Source: Phycisphaerae bacterium (GTDB taxonomy: Bacteria; Planctomycetota; Phycisphaerae; UBA1845; Fen-1342). From it: a DNA stretch of 64,000 nt. The notes beneath the pieces are model-generated. The model was not told where the DNA came from and ran no database searches. It was given only the letters and a program-made list of their open reading frames with translations. Positions 1 to 11,300 of the stretch are shown in pieces (position 1 is the stretch's first letter; each line of letters starts with the position of its first letter). The stretch covers positions 1 through 64,000 of the forward strand of contig CAXXTC010000006.1 in assembly GCA_963666925.2 (NCBI GenBank), given 5' to 3'. Both the position numbers and the translations under genes were made by a program.

Positions 1-204
1 AAGCGCGGCGAGGGCGTGCACCACATCGCCTACGCCGTCGCCGATCTGCCGGCCCGTCTGACCGAGTTGAAGGAAGCCGGCGTACGACTGATAGACGAGC
101 AGCCTCGAGGCGGTGCCCACCACTCCCAGATCGCGTTTCTCCATCCGAAAGCTTCGCACGGCGTGCTGACCGAGCTGTGCGAGCCGCGGGAATCGCACAC
201 GTAG
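1..204 (+). CDS. mce: Methylmalonyl-CoA epimerase (VOC/glyoxalase fold), 5'-truncated by window edge
   Basis: KRGEGVHHIAYAV...GAHHSQIAFLHPKASHGVLTELCE is the MCE C-terminal signature; lies directly upstream of the decarboxylase genes. Confidence 0.9.
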   Translation, partial: KRGEGVHHIAYAVADLPARLTELKEAGVRLIDEQPRGGAHHSQIAFLHPKASHGVLTELCEPRESHT

Positions 205-248
205 GCGCCGCCCGTGCGGCTATGCGTTGATGCAAGGAGACTGATGAT

Positions 249-1821
249 ATGCCCGAGTCATCTGAGCCCCGTGCTCGTACCGTGGCGGAAAAGATCGCCG
301 AGTTGCGTGTCCGCCGAACACGTTACGAGGAAGGCGGCGGCGCCGCTCGCATCGAGCGCGAGCACAAGGCCGGCAAACTCTCCGCCCGCGAGCGTATCGC
401 GGCCCTGGTCGACACCGACAGCTTTCAGGAAGGCTACTTGTTTGCCAAGCACCGCTGTACGGCGTTCGGCATGGCTGGCAAGGAGATGCCCGCCGACGGC
501 GTCGTCACCGGAGCCGGCACCGTAGATGGCCGCCTTATATACCTGGCCAGCCAGGATTTCACCGTCGGTGGCGGGGCCGCCGGCGAGGTGCATTGCGACA
601 AGATCGCCGAGATGATGGCGGCCTCGCTCAAGACCGGCAGCCCCTTCATCTTCATCAACGACTCCGGCGGAGCCCGCGTTCAGGAGGGTATTGACAGTCT
701 CGCGGGTTATGGCCGGGTCTTTTACCACAATGTGCTGCTCTCGGGGCGTCGTACCACAGATCTCACTTATCTGCGGTCCCTGTGCCGGCGGAGCGGCGTA
801 CAGCCCGGCGCTGACCGACTTCATCATCCAGACTCGTCAAGCCCAAATGTTCATTACCGGGCCGTCCGTCATCAAGCAGGTGACGGGCGAAGACGTCTCG
901 GCCCGAAACGCTGGGCGGGCCCGAAGCGCAGATGACCTACTCCGGCGTGGTGCACTTCGTCGCCGACGACGGCCATCAGGCCATCGAAATCTGCAAGAAG
1001 CTGCTCAGCTTCCTACCGTCCAACAACCTCGAACCGCCGCCGCGCCTGCCGCACGACGGCACGTGCCCCTACGACGACGAGCTGGACCGGATCATCCCCG
1101 ACGATCCACGCAAACCCTTCAACATGAAAGACGTCATCTACCGTGTCGTGGATGATGGCGACTTCCTCGAAGTCCAGCAGCACTACGCCAGAACGTAATC
1201 ATCGGTTTCGCCCGGCTCTTTGGACGCTCCGTCGGTATCGTCGCCAACCAGCCGCTGGTTATGGCCGGCGCGCTCGACATCGACAGCTCCGACAAAGTCT
1301 CCCGCTTTGTCCGGTTCTGCAACGCGTTCAACATCTCGCTCGTGACGCTGGTGGACGTCCCCGGCTTTATGCCCGGCGTCAAGCAGGAGTACGGCGGCAT
1401 CATCCGTCACGGCGCCAAGATGCTCTTCGCCTATTCGGCCGCCACCGTGCCCAAGGTCAGCATCGTCCTGCGCAAGGCCTACGGCGGAGCTTACCTGGCC
1501 ATGTGCGGCAAGGACCTCGGCGCCGACCGCTGCGCCGCCTGGCCATCTGCCGAGATCGCAGTCATGGGAGCCGAAGGCGCCGTCAACGTGGTCTTCCGCA
1601 AGGAGATCAAGGACGCCGAGGACGCCGCCGCCAGGCGGGCGGAGATGATCGACCTGTACCGGCACGAGTTCTCGACGCCGTACATGGCGGCCGCCCACCG
1701 GCTGATTGATAACATCATCGAACCAGGCGATACGAAACGTTATCTCGGACACGCGCTGGAATGTCTGCAATCCAAGCGTGAACTGCGGCCGGAGAAAAAA
1801 CACGGCCTGATTCCGCTGTAG
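249..1821 (+). CDS. mmdA: Methylmalonyl-CoA decarboxylase alpha subunit (carboxyltransferase), split by three apparent frameshifts (~745, ~903, ~1191)
   Basis: Motifs [73 protein letters not shown] are spread over successive frames; indels probably sequencing errors. Confidence 0.9.
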
Positions 1822-1838
1822 CCCGCGTGGAGGTATCC

Positions 1839-2237
1839 ATGGAGCCGATCGTGCAGCTCGCGATGTCGCCCAGTCCGCCGCCGTTAGCCCAGCATGCGAT
1901 GTTGGACGGCGTAGTACTGGCCGTCGTGGGGGTAGCGTTAGTATTTGCGGCCCTGATTCTGATCTGGGTCGCAATCGAGCTGATCACCCGCACAATGGTA
2001 GGCCCACCCGAGCCTGCCGCGGTCGCCGAATCGGCGCCGGACAGCGCCGACGTCGCGCCGGATGGGTTGGACGGTCGCACGCTCGCGATACTGAGCGCCG
2101 CCGCGATAGCCGCCGCCGGCCCGCGGGCACGTATTCGCCACATTCAACGCCTGGAGCACGATTCCACCTCCATCTGGACAGCCCACGGTCGCATTGCTGT
2201 CCAATCCTCTCACCGGTTTCGAAGGGCAGGTCAATGA
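1839..2237 (+). CDS. mmdD: Na+-translocating decarboxylase delta subunit (OadG/MmdD family)
   Basis: GGAGG RBS at 1829-1833; one TM helix, Pro/Ala linker, LAILSAAAIAAA segment and W-x3-GR tail; operon position. Confidence 0.8.
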   Translation: MEPIVQLAMSPSPPPLAQHAMLDGVVLAVVGVALVFAALILIWVAIELITRTMVGPPEPAAVAESAPDSADVAPDGLDGRTLAILSAAAIAAAGPRARIRHIQRLEHDSTSIWTAHGRIAVQSSHRFRRAGQ

Positions 2238-2620
2238 GGTTACGTATCACGGTAGAAGGTCGAGTTTACGATGTGGACGTCGAAGTCGTGGACGAACCGA
2301 CCAAGGCTTCACCCAACACGCCGGCCCCCCAACCGGCCGCCCCCGTCGCTGTGAGTCCCCCGCCCCCCGCACAGTCACAGGCCCCCGCGGCAGTTACCGC
2401 GCACGATGCCACGCGCTGTGTCTCCCCGCTGCCGGGAACAGTGCTAGCAGTATTCGTCAACCCCGGTGACGAGGTGCAACGCAACCAGCCCCTGGTCGTG
2501 CTCGACGCCATGAAAATGGAGACCAACGTTCCTTCGCCCATGGACGGCCGGGTGAAAGCTGTGCACGTCACCGTGGGCGCCAACGTCAAGCAGGGCGACC
2601 TCATGGTCGAGTTCGACTGA
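2234..2620 (+). CDS. mmdC: Biotin carboxyl carrier subunit
   Basis: N-terminal RITVEGRVYDVDVE, Pro/Ala linker, biotinylation motif DAMKMET. Confidence 0.92.
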   Translation: MRLRITVEGRVYDVDVEVVDEPTKASPNTPAPQPAAPVAVSPPPPAQSQAPAAVTAHDATRCVSPLPGTVLAVFVNPGDEVQRNQPLVVLDAMKMETNVPSPMDGRVKAVHVTVGANVKQGDLMVEFD

Positions 2621-2646
2621 TTCTCGCAGAAGGGAATGGCGCACCC

Positions 2647-4103
2647 ATGCTCGAAATGGTGCTGAAGTATCTGAACGACTCAGGGTTCGGCCAGTTCACC
2701 TGGGGGCAACGGGGTCATGATCTGCGTCGGGGTGCTCTTCATCTACCTCGCGGTGCGCAAGGGGTTCGAGCCACTCCTGCTAATACCCATCGGCTTCGGT
2801 ATTCTCATCGGCAATGTCCCCTACGACACCAACTCGCTCAGCCTGGGCGTCTACGACGGCCCCGTCGACGAACATTCGCTGGTGTACTACTCGACAGACA
2901 AACCGGTCGAAATCGACGGCGTCACCGTCCCACCCTGGCACCAGATCTACCCCCCGCCGGCGGACAGCGATATTCCAGCGCGGCGTTATCTCGCCCGAGA
3001 CCTGGCTGAACGCGGGTCGGCTGTCATGGTTAACAGCGAAGCCAAGCTGACCTGCGGAGATCCAGTTGATTCGCCCAGTATCATCTCCATGGGACAGGGT
3101 CGCCAGATCCTCGCGATCAGACCCACAAAGGATAGTCGCTATCCCGTCATCGTTTCGCCGGAGACACAGGACCCGTGGAACGCCAGTGTGTTCTGGTGGC
3201 TCTTCCGCGGCGTGGCGTGGGGCTTTTTCCCGCCGCTGATCTTCCTCGGCATCGGTGCGCTGACCGACTTCGGCCCCCTGCTGGCACAGCCACGCACACT
3301 GCTGTTGGGGGGCCGCCGCCCAGGTGGGCATCTTCGGCTCGCTGCTGGCCGCCCTGGCCCTGGGATTCGTGCCCAAAGAAGCCGCCTCCATCGGCATCAT
3401 CGGCGGCGCCGACGGGCCGACCTCGATCTTCGTTTGCAGCACGCTCGCGCCGGACCTGCTCGGCGCGGTGGCCCTGGCAGCTTACAGCTATATGGCCCTC
3501 GTGCCGATGATCCAACCGCCGATAATGAAGCTGCTGACCTCCCGCCAGGAACGGTTGATCCGCATGGAACCACCTCGGCAGGTAACGCGACGCATGCGCA
3601 TCATCTTCCCCGTGGTCGGGTTTCTTCTGACCGCGTTCATTGCCAACGGTGCCCTGCCGCTGCTCGGCATGCTCTTCTTCGGCAACCTGCTGCGCGAGAG
3701 CCTAGTCACCGAACGCCTCGCGAAAACCGCCAGCACCGCATTCATCGACATCGTGACAATTCTGCTGGGCGTCACCGTCGGGGCCAAGACCTCCGCCAGC
3801 ACCTTCCTCACCACCCAGACGATCAAGATATTCATTCTAGGCGTCATCGCGTTTTGTATTGCGACGGCCAGCGGGGTATTGCTGGCCAAGCTCATGAACC
3901 GGCTGAGCCGCAAGCCGATCAATCCTCTGATCGGGGCGGCCGGCGTGTCCGCCGTCCCCATGGCCGCCCGGGTCGCGCAACGTGTGGCCCAGGAAGAGGA
4001 TCCGCAGAACTTCATACTGATGCATGCGATGGGTCCGAACGTTGCCGGCGTCATCGGCTCCGCCGTCGCGGCCGGCGTTTTGCTCAGCCATCTGAATAAC
4101 TGA
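2647..4103 (+). CDS. mmdB: Na+-translocating decarboxylase beta subunit (OadB/MmdB), two apparent frameshifts (~2703, ~3310)
   Basis: [79 protein letters not shown]; indels lie in G runs. Confidence 0.92.
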
Positions 4104-4125
4104 CCAACACCGTGGTTGCGATAAC

Positions 4126-4860
4126 TTGCGGCGATTCAGCTACGACACCGCCGAGTCCACCAACCGCCGGGCGATCGACCTCGCTCAGAGCGAACAGGCC
4201 ACGCCACCCTTCGTCGTGCGCGCGGCCACCCAGTCGGCCGGCCGTGGCCGCAACGGGCGCAGTTGGGCCAGCCCGCCCGGGGGCCTCTGGTTCTCGCTCG
4301 CCTGGCCCGCGACGCAGCCTCTGACGGACTACGAGCCGCTGCCACTTGTCGTCGGTGATGCGGTCGCGACAACGCTGGATCACACGCTGGGGCTCACTTG
4401 CGCACTCAAGTGGCCAAACGACGTGCTGGTCCGCCAGCGCAAGGTGGCCGGCATACTGTGCCAAATGGAGTTAACGCCGGCACCGATTGTCATAATCGGC
4501 ATCGGCCTGAACGCCAACTTCAGCGTCACGGAACTGCCCGATGATCTACGTCATCCCGCAACGACGCTCCAGGACGAGTTGGGCCACCCGGTAAACCTGC
4601 CAGCGTTGTTCTCAGCACTCATCGACACGCTCGAATCACATCTGACCCAGCTCGGGCACGCCGGCTTCTCAGCATTTGCAACGTCGATTGAGAGTCGGCT
4701 GGCCTGGCGCGGCAAGCCCGTTCGGCTGCTGCGTCATGAGACCCCTGAACCCCTGTGTGGTCGCCTGCATGGCATCGACCCGCGCGGCCGGTTGGTACTC
4801 GACATAGCCGACTCAACCCAAATATTCTCCACCGGGGACATCACGCGCCTGCCCCATTGA
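4126..4860 (+). CDS. birA: Biotin-protein ligase (no N-terminal HTH); start uncertain
   Basis: ESTN, QSAGRGRNGRSW, LKWPNDV, KVAGIL, GIGLN, GIDPRGRL. Confidence 0.92.
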   Translation: MRRFSYDTAESTNRRAIDLAQSEQATPPFVVRAATQSAGRGRNGRSWASPPGGLWFSLAWPATQPLTDYEPLPLVVGDAVATTLDHTLGLTCALKWPNDVLVRQRKVAGILCQMELTPAPIVIIGIGLNANFSVTELPDDLRHPATTLQDELGHPVNLPALFSALIDTLESHLTQLGHAGFSAFATSIESRLAWRGKPVRLLRHETPEPLCGRLHGIDPRGRLVLDIADSTQIFSTGDITRLPH

Positions 4861-5130
4861 GTGTGTGGCCTGTCGCGCCCCTCCATCGAACACCCGCTGG
4901 AAACCGGCATAAGTCCTCAACGTCCGAGTTGAAACGCAGAACATCAGGCGAATTTCTGCCCTGCACATGACCGGTGCTGCCATCCTGGGCAGTATTCGAT
5001 TGGGAAACCGCCAATTACGCGTGGGCTACTGGCCGCTGGCGTTTCTGGTGGCGGCAATCCCCCGGAATTGGGCCAACAACCTCGTTTATGAACACCGCAT
5101 GGCATTCAGGCGCTACCAAGAAGTGCATTC

Positions 5131-5160
5131 TTGACATGCGCGCACGGTTGAAACTAACAT
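5131..5160 (+). promoter_or_regulatory. Candidate sigma70 promoter for the ECF sigma/kinase pair
   Basis: TTGACA (5131-5136), 18 nt spacer, TAACAT (5155-5160) in an AT-richer intergenic stretch. Confidence 0.45.
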
Positions 5161-5200
5161 GTTGATTAGGCTGAACATAGCTGAATGGGTGTCAGGGAAT

Positions 5201-5827
5201 GTGACGGTGGCCGGTTCGGATTGCACATTAGTTGAAGAAGCGGTGGCTGGTGACCGTGAGGCCCTGGTAACACTGCTCCGCAAGCTTACGCCGGCATTAC
5301 GAAGCCGAGTGGCATTGCGCATCCCTCCCCGCTGGCGTGCCCTGCTGTCCCCGGAGGATCTGCTCCAGGAAACCTACACGGACGCGTTTCTCGCCGTCAA
5401 CCGGTTTGTCTCACGTCGTGAGGGGGCCTTCCAGTCGTGGCTCATACAGATTGCCATGCGCAATCTCATTAACGCCATCAGGATGCTGGAGGCCGATAAA
5501 CGTGGCGGCGCTCATCGTCTCATTTGCGATCCGGCACCGGGATCTTCGGGGCCGAATATCTGCGCGGAGCTGCGCGCCGACACCAATTCACCCAGCCAGC
5601 ATGTGGCCCGCTCCGAAGCGGTCCAACACTTGCAAGCAGCGATCCAGCGATTGCCGGACACGCATCGACGCGTGGTAACGATGTACGATCTGGAGGGTCT
5701 GAGCATGAACGACGTGGCGCGTGCACTGCAACGCACGCCCGGTGCAGCCCACCTGATCCGGTTGCGCGCACATCGTCGTTTGCAGGCGATGTTGGGAACA
5801 CCGTCGGCCTTTCTTACAACCACATGA
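5201..5827 (+). CDS. ECF RNA polymerase sigma factor, planctomycete kinase-associated type; start uncertain
   Basis: Sigma2 (GDREAL, EDLLQET, FQSWLIQIAMRN) and sigma4 (LPDTHRRVVTMYDLEGLSMNDVA...RA) regions. Confidence 0.9.
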   Translation: MTVAGSDCTLVEEAVAGDREALVTLLRKLTPALRSRVALRIPPRWRALLSPEDLLQETYTDAFLAVNRFVSRREGAFQSWLIQIAMRNLINAIRMLEADKRGGAHRLICDPAPGSSGPNICAELRADTNSPSQHVARSEAVQHLQAAIQRLPDTHRRVVTMYDLEGLSMNDVARALQRTPGAAHLIRLRAHRRLQAMLGTPSAFLTTT

Positions 5828-5901
5828 GCGGAGACAAGCTAACCGGCGGGGACTCGGCCATCATCAGGAGTCAGCGCCGGGCTATCGTCCTTTGACGAAA
5901 T

Positions 5902-8304
5902 ATGGGAACAAGCACGAAAGATCATCCGGCTGACGACTCGAGCCGCGACCTCGTTGAGGCTGCCGCACGCGAGGCGGATGCGCTGGCCTCCGTGTGCAAA
6001 GATCAACTCCCTGCGGCAGACGAGATTCCCGGTTTTGAAATCACCGCGGAGCTGGGGCGCGGCGGCATGGGCGTGGTATACGAAGCGATCCAGCTCTCAA
6101 CCAAACGCCCCGTCGCCCTCAAGGTCATGCTGACCAGCAATCTCGCCTCATCACCAACCCACAAGCGGTTTCAGCGCGAAATCGAGTGGGCCGCACGGTT
6201 GCAACACCCCAACATCGTTCGCGTGCTCGAAAGCGGGCAAACGCGTACCGGGCAGCCCTTCTATGCGATGGACCTGATCCATGGCACGTCTCTGGATGGT
6301 TGGCGCACGACGCGCAATCCGGATGACTGTCTTGTCACGCAGGTGTTCCGACAAATCTGCGCGGCCCTGCGACATGCCCACGAAGCCGATATCGTGCATC
6401 GTGACCTGAAGCCGGCCAATATCCTGATTGACGAGCAGGACGTGCCGCACGTGCTCGACTTCGGGCTAGCCAAGGCACTAGCGCCCCCCAACTCCACAGA
6501 CAAGGTGCCAACAACGCTCTCCGGGCCTGGACGCGTAGTCGGTACGCTGCGTTACCTTTCTCCCGAACAGGCCGACGGCTCAAGCGCGTGCGTCGACCAG
6601 CGAACAGATGTATACGCCCTGGGTATCCTGCTGTTCGAGGTGCTGACCGGGACCGTCCCCTTCAGCAACGAAGAGGATCCTTCCCTGTGTATGCGACGCA
6701 TTCGTGAGGACCAGCCACCGCGGCCTTCGCGGATCGTGCCGCGCATCAATCGCGATCTCGAAGCGATTGTGCTGATGGCCATCGAGAAACACCCAAGTGA
6801 CCGCTATCAATCGGCAGCCGACTTCGCTGACGATCTGCTCCGCTACGAACAGGGCCAGCCGGTTCTGGCCCGCTCGCCGAGCGCGTTCTACTGGGCGCGC
6901 AAACGTCTGGCCGCGCATCGCCGCGCGATTGCCACCGCCGCACTCGCTACGGCGCTGGGACTGGGAGGCTGGTGGATCGGGGCGACGTGGTATGGTCAGC
7001 GGGCCGAACAGCAGCGTGCCCGGGAACAGGCTCTTCACGAACACAACTTGCGGCAGGCGCGGCACAAGTTGATTCACGCACAGGACGTGATGGAGGCAGG
7101 TCAGCTCAGGAGGGTGCGCGCGATAATCGAAACACTGGCTCTTCAGTACCCGGAATTGCCGGAAGCCTGGCTCATGTTGGCGCAGTTGCGATTCCGAGAC
7201 GGGCAGGCTCAAGGCAATACAGAACTGATGGCCGAGGGACCGACGATCTTTCGGCAACTTCGTGATTACCCTGGAGTCCCCGGCGCGGACAATAACCTGG
7301 TGGCGGAGATGTACACAATCCTGCGCATCCCTGATATGGCGCAGAACTGCGCGCGCTTTGCCGCGGCACATCCGCCCGAGACGGCTGACGACTGGTACGT
7401 ATGGTCATACGCAACACTCGATGCCGACCAGGCCGCGCGTTGGGCAGCCCAGGCCACAACGCGCGACCCGACCAACATGCTCGCCTGGGAACGATTGGCG
7501 CGCGTGTGCGCCCGCCACGACGCATACGCCGACGCGCGTATCGCGATTGCGCAACTGATCGAGCACGCCCCACAGCCGGCACGGTGGATCGCCTTCGACG
7601 CGGAAATCCGCTGTCGCCAGGGTGATTTCGCTGCCGCGATCGAGCAATTCACCCATGCTGCCCAGTATGCCGAAGCGAATTTCCGCGCGTATCGAGGGCG
7701 CGGAATAGCCTATCTCTGTCAACGTAACTACACGGCCGCAATTGCGGATTTTACCCGGGCAGCTGAGCTGGCGAACGGCGATGCTATCTGGGAGCGATAT
7801 TTCTGCGCGACGCCGTGGTGGATCACCGGCGATATCGAGTCCGCCGCCCAGGCCTACCGCAGCGTGCGCGGCCAGCGCGGCGCAGCCTCCTACGCATCCG
7901 CCCGGCTATTCATCCTGTTAACCGAAGCAAGCCAGCAGTACGCGGACCAGGGGCGGGAAGAGGACGCGCAAGCCGCACTGGCCGAAGCAAACGAGGTTCT
8001 GGCCGCAGCGCGGGTCGTGGCGGCCAACGACACGAACATGCGGATGATCTTCAACTGTCTGGGCGCCCCCCATACCGCCCACGAGCTCGTAGCCACGCTC
8101 GAAGACGCCACGAAGGAACAACAATGCGCCGGCTACTACTACGCAGCCGAAGCCGCCGCAATGAGCGGAGAGCGCCAACAAGCGCGGGACTGGTTTCAGA
8201 AAACCGTCGAAACGCACCTGATGTTCGACCCCAGCGCTCCGACATTCGATCCCATGAACGAATGGCATCTCGCACTTTGGCGGCTGGAGCAACTGCCCGA
8301 ATGA
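5902..8304 (+). CDS. Hanks-type Ser/Thr protein kinase with TM helix and C-terminal TPR region
   Basis: LGRGGMGVVY, VALKV, HRDLKPANIL, DFGLAK, GTLRYLSPEQ, DVYALG; TM ~aa 343-365; TPR-like helices follow. Confidence 0.93.
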   Translation: MGTSTKDHPADDSSRDLVEAAAREADALASVCKDQLPAADEIPGFEITAELGRGGMGVVYEAIQLSTKRPVALKVMLTSNLASSPTHKRFQREIEWAARLQHPNIVRVLESGQTRTGQPFYAMDLIHGTSLDGWRTTRNPDDCLVTQVFRQICAALRHAHEADIVHRDLKPANILIDEQDVPHVLDFGLAKALAPPNSTDKVPTTLSGPGRVVGTLRYLSPEQADGSSACVDQRTDVYALGILLFEVLTGTVPFSNEEDPSLCMRRIREDQPPRPSRIVPRINRDLEAIVLMAIEKHPSDRYQSAADFADDLLRYEQGQPVLARSPSAFYWARKRLAAHRRAIATAALATALGLGGWWIGATWYGQRAEQQRAREQALHEHNLRQARHKLIHAQDVMEAGQLRRVRAIIETLALQYPELPEAWLMLAQLRFRDGQAQGNTELMAEGPTIFRQLRDYPGVPGADNNLVAEMYTILRIPDMAQNCARFAAAHPPETADDWYVWSYATLDADQAARWAAQATTRDPTNMLAWERLARVCARHDAYADARIAIAQLIEHAPQPARWIAFDAEIRCRQGDFAAAIEQFTHAAQYAEANFRAYRGRGIAYLCQRNYTAAIADFTRAAELANGDAIWERYFCATPWWITGDIESAAQAYRSVRGQRGAASYASARLFILLTEASQQYADQGREEDAQAALAEANEVLAAARVVAANDTNMRMIFNCLGAPHTAHELVATLEDATKEQQCAGYYYAAEAAAMSGERQQARDWFQKTVETHLMFDPSAPTFDPMNEWHLALWRLEQLPE

Positions 8305-8323
8305 GTTGATCAAGCGCCAATCA

Positions 8324-11300
8324 TCACGCGGGCACAGCCTGGGCGCGTTTTCTTCCGAAGAGGCTGCTCACCAGGACGAAAAACAGCGGGATGAACACCA
8401 GGTCAATGAACGTCGCCGAGAGCATCCCGCCGGTGACCGCCGTCCCGATCGCATTCATTGCACCCGCACCGGCGCCCGAAGCGATCGCCAGCGGCAGCGT
8501 GCCAAAGAAAAACGCCAGTGACGTCATGATGACCGGGCGGAAACGTATTCGGACTGCCGCCAGCGTGGCCTCCTTCAGCCCCAGTCCATGCCGCATCTGC
8601 TCCTTGATGAACTGAATGATCAGGATGGCGTTCTTGGTCGACAGGCCCAGCGTCGTCAGGAAGCCGATCTGGAAATACACGTCGTTCGGCAGTTCGCGCA
8701 ACGTCGTGGCCAGCAATGCTCCGAACACACCCAGCGGCAGCATCAGCAGGTTCACAATCGGGATGGTCCAACTTTCGTACAGGGCGGCTACACACAGGAA
8801 GATGACGAGGATGGAAAAAGCGTACAGGATCGGTCCCTGGGCCGTAGCCATGCGCTCCTGATACGACAGGCCGGTCCAGTCGTAGCCGATTCCCCGTGGC
8901 AACTTGGCGACGATATCCTCCATGGCCTGCATCGCTTCGCCGGAACTCCGGCCGGGGGCCGGCTCACCCTGGATATTCATCGAAGGGAAGCCGTTGAATC
9001 GCTCCAGCCGGGGAGAGCCATACGCCCAATACCCCGACGCAAAAGAGGGGAAGGGCACCATCCTCCCGGCAGTGTTGCGTACGTAGAGCTTCTCCAGATC
9101 CTTGGGCAACATGCGATAGGGCGCATCGGCCTGGACGTAGACGCGCTTGACACGTCCACCCTGGACGAAGTCGTTGACGTAGGCGCTGCCGAAGGCGGCA
9201 GCAATCGTGTTGTTGATGCTGCCAATCGGAAGACTCTGCGCCCCAGCCCTTTCCCAGTCCACGTCTATCCGGTATTCCGGCACGTCTTCCATGCCGTTGG
9301 GGCGAACCTTCACAACCCGAGAGTCCTGCGCTGCCATGCCAAGCAGTTGATTGCGAGCGTTCATCAGGGCTGCGTGCCCCAACCCACCACGGTCCATCAA
9401 CTGGAGATCAAAACCGGTGGCCACGCCAAGTTCAATGACGGCCGGCGGCGGAAAAGCATAGATGACCGCGTCGCGTGTCTGCGAGAAAGCGCCCATGGCC
9501 CGCCCCGCGATGGCCCCCGCCCGCAGATCCGGTCGATCACGAAGCGCCCAGTCCTTGAGCCGGACAAACACCATGCCGTTGTTCTGCGCCCGTCCGGAGA
9601 ACCCCATACCGGCAATCGTGAAGCAGGATTCGACGGCTTCTTCTTCGTTCTCCTCGAAGTAGGTCCGGACCCTGTTCGCAACCGCCGTCGTCTGCTCCTG
9701 CGTGGAGCCCGTCGGCAACAAAATCTGGCACAATAGGATGCCCTGGTCCTCATCGGGCAGATAGTCGGTCGGCAGCCGCATGAACATGTACCCGATGCCG
9801 CCAACCAGCAACACGTAGATGAACAAGTAGCGGAGCTTCTTCACCAGCGAGTGGCCAACGAGCCCGACATACCGGTCCCGAATCCAGAAGAAAACCCGGT
9901 CAAACAGCAGGAAGAACGGACGCAGAAAGAAGATCGCGTTCTCCGCGGGCTCATGCCCCTTCGGAACCGGCTTGAGCAGCGACGCGCACAGAACGGGGGT
10001 CAGGATCAGGGCCACTACCACAGAGAGCAACATGGAAGCGATGATGGTTACGGAAAACTGGCGATAGATAACGCCCGTCGACCCACCAAAGAACGCCATC
10101 GGCCCGAAAACAGCCGCGAGCACCAGCCCGATGCCAATCAGGGCGCTGGTGATCTGCCCCATCGACTTGGATGTGGCCTCACGTGGCGATAACCCTTCCT
10201 CCGCCATGATGCGCTCGACGTTCTCAACGACCACGATGGCATCATCAACCAGCAGGCCGATGGCCAGAACCATGGCGAACATCGTCAGCATGTTGATCGA
10301 AAACCCGAACAGGCCCAGCACGGCGAAAGTGCCCAACAACACCACCGGAACGGCGATGGTCGGAATCAACGTGGCCCGGATGTTCCCCATGAACAGCCAC
10401 ATCACCAGGAACACCAGCCCGATCGCCTCGAACAGAGTCTTGACCACCTCGTCGATCGCCACTTCGATGAAAGGGGTCGTATCGTAGGGGTAGAACACCT
10501 TCATTCCCGGCGGGAAGTAGGCGCTCATTTCCTCCAGCTTGGCTTTGATGGCGTCGGCAGTGTCGAGCGCATTCGCACCCGGAGCCTGCCGGATAGCCAT
10601 GCCCGCCGACGGCTTGCCGTTGTGATGCGCCACAATGTCGTAAACTTCGGTGCCCAATTCCGTCCAGCCTACGTCACTGACCCGGATAATGGAGCCGTCG
10701 GGATTGATACGCAGCGGAATGGCAGCGAACTCCTCCGGCGTCTCGAGCAGGTTCTGGACGATGATGGACACGTTCAGACGCTGCCCGGGCACGGCCGGTG
10801 CCCCACCGAACTGCCCGGCGGACACCTCCACGTTGTAGGACCGCATAGCGGCGATCACATCCTCGATCGTCAGGCCGTAATCGGTAAGCCGATCCGGATT
10901 CAGCCAGACCCGCATCGCATACTGTGAGCCGAAGTTCTCTACCTCGCCGACGCCGGGCACGCGTGCCAGCACCTTCTCCAGGTTGGACTGGGCAAAGTCA
11001 CGCAGGTCGTCGCCGTTCATGCTGCCGTCTTCGGAAACCAGGCCCACGATGATCAGGTAGTTCCGGGTGGACTTGCTGACCTTGAGACCCTGGCGCTGCA
11101 CGACGTCGGGCAGGCTCGCCATTGCGAGTTGGAGCTTGTTCTGCACCTTGGCCCAAGCCAGATCCGGATCTGTTCCGGGCTTGAAGGTCAGTTCGATGCG
11201 TGATGCGCCGGCCGAATCGCTCGTGCCGGATAGGTAAAGCATGTCATCGAACCCGGTCATCTTCTGCTCGATGATCTGCGTCACGCTGTTTTCGACGGTT

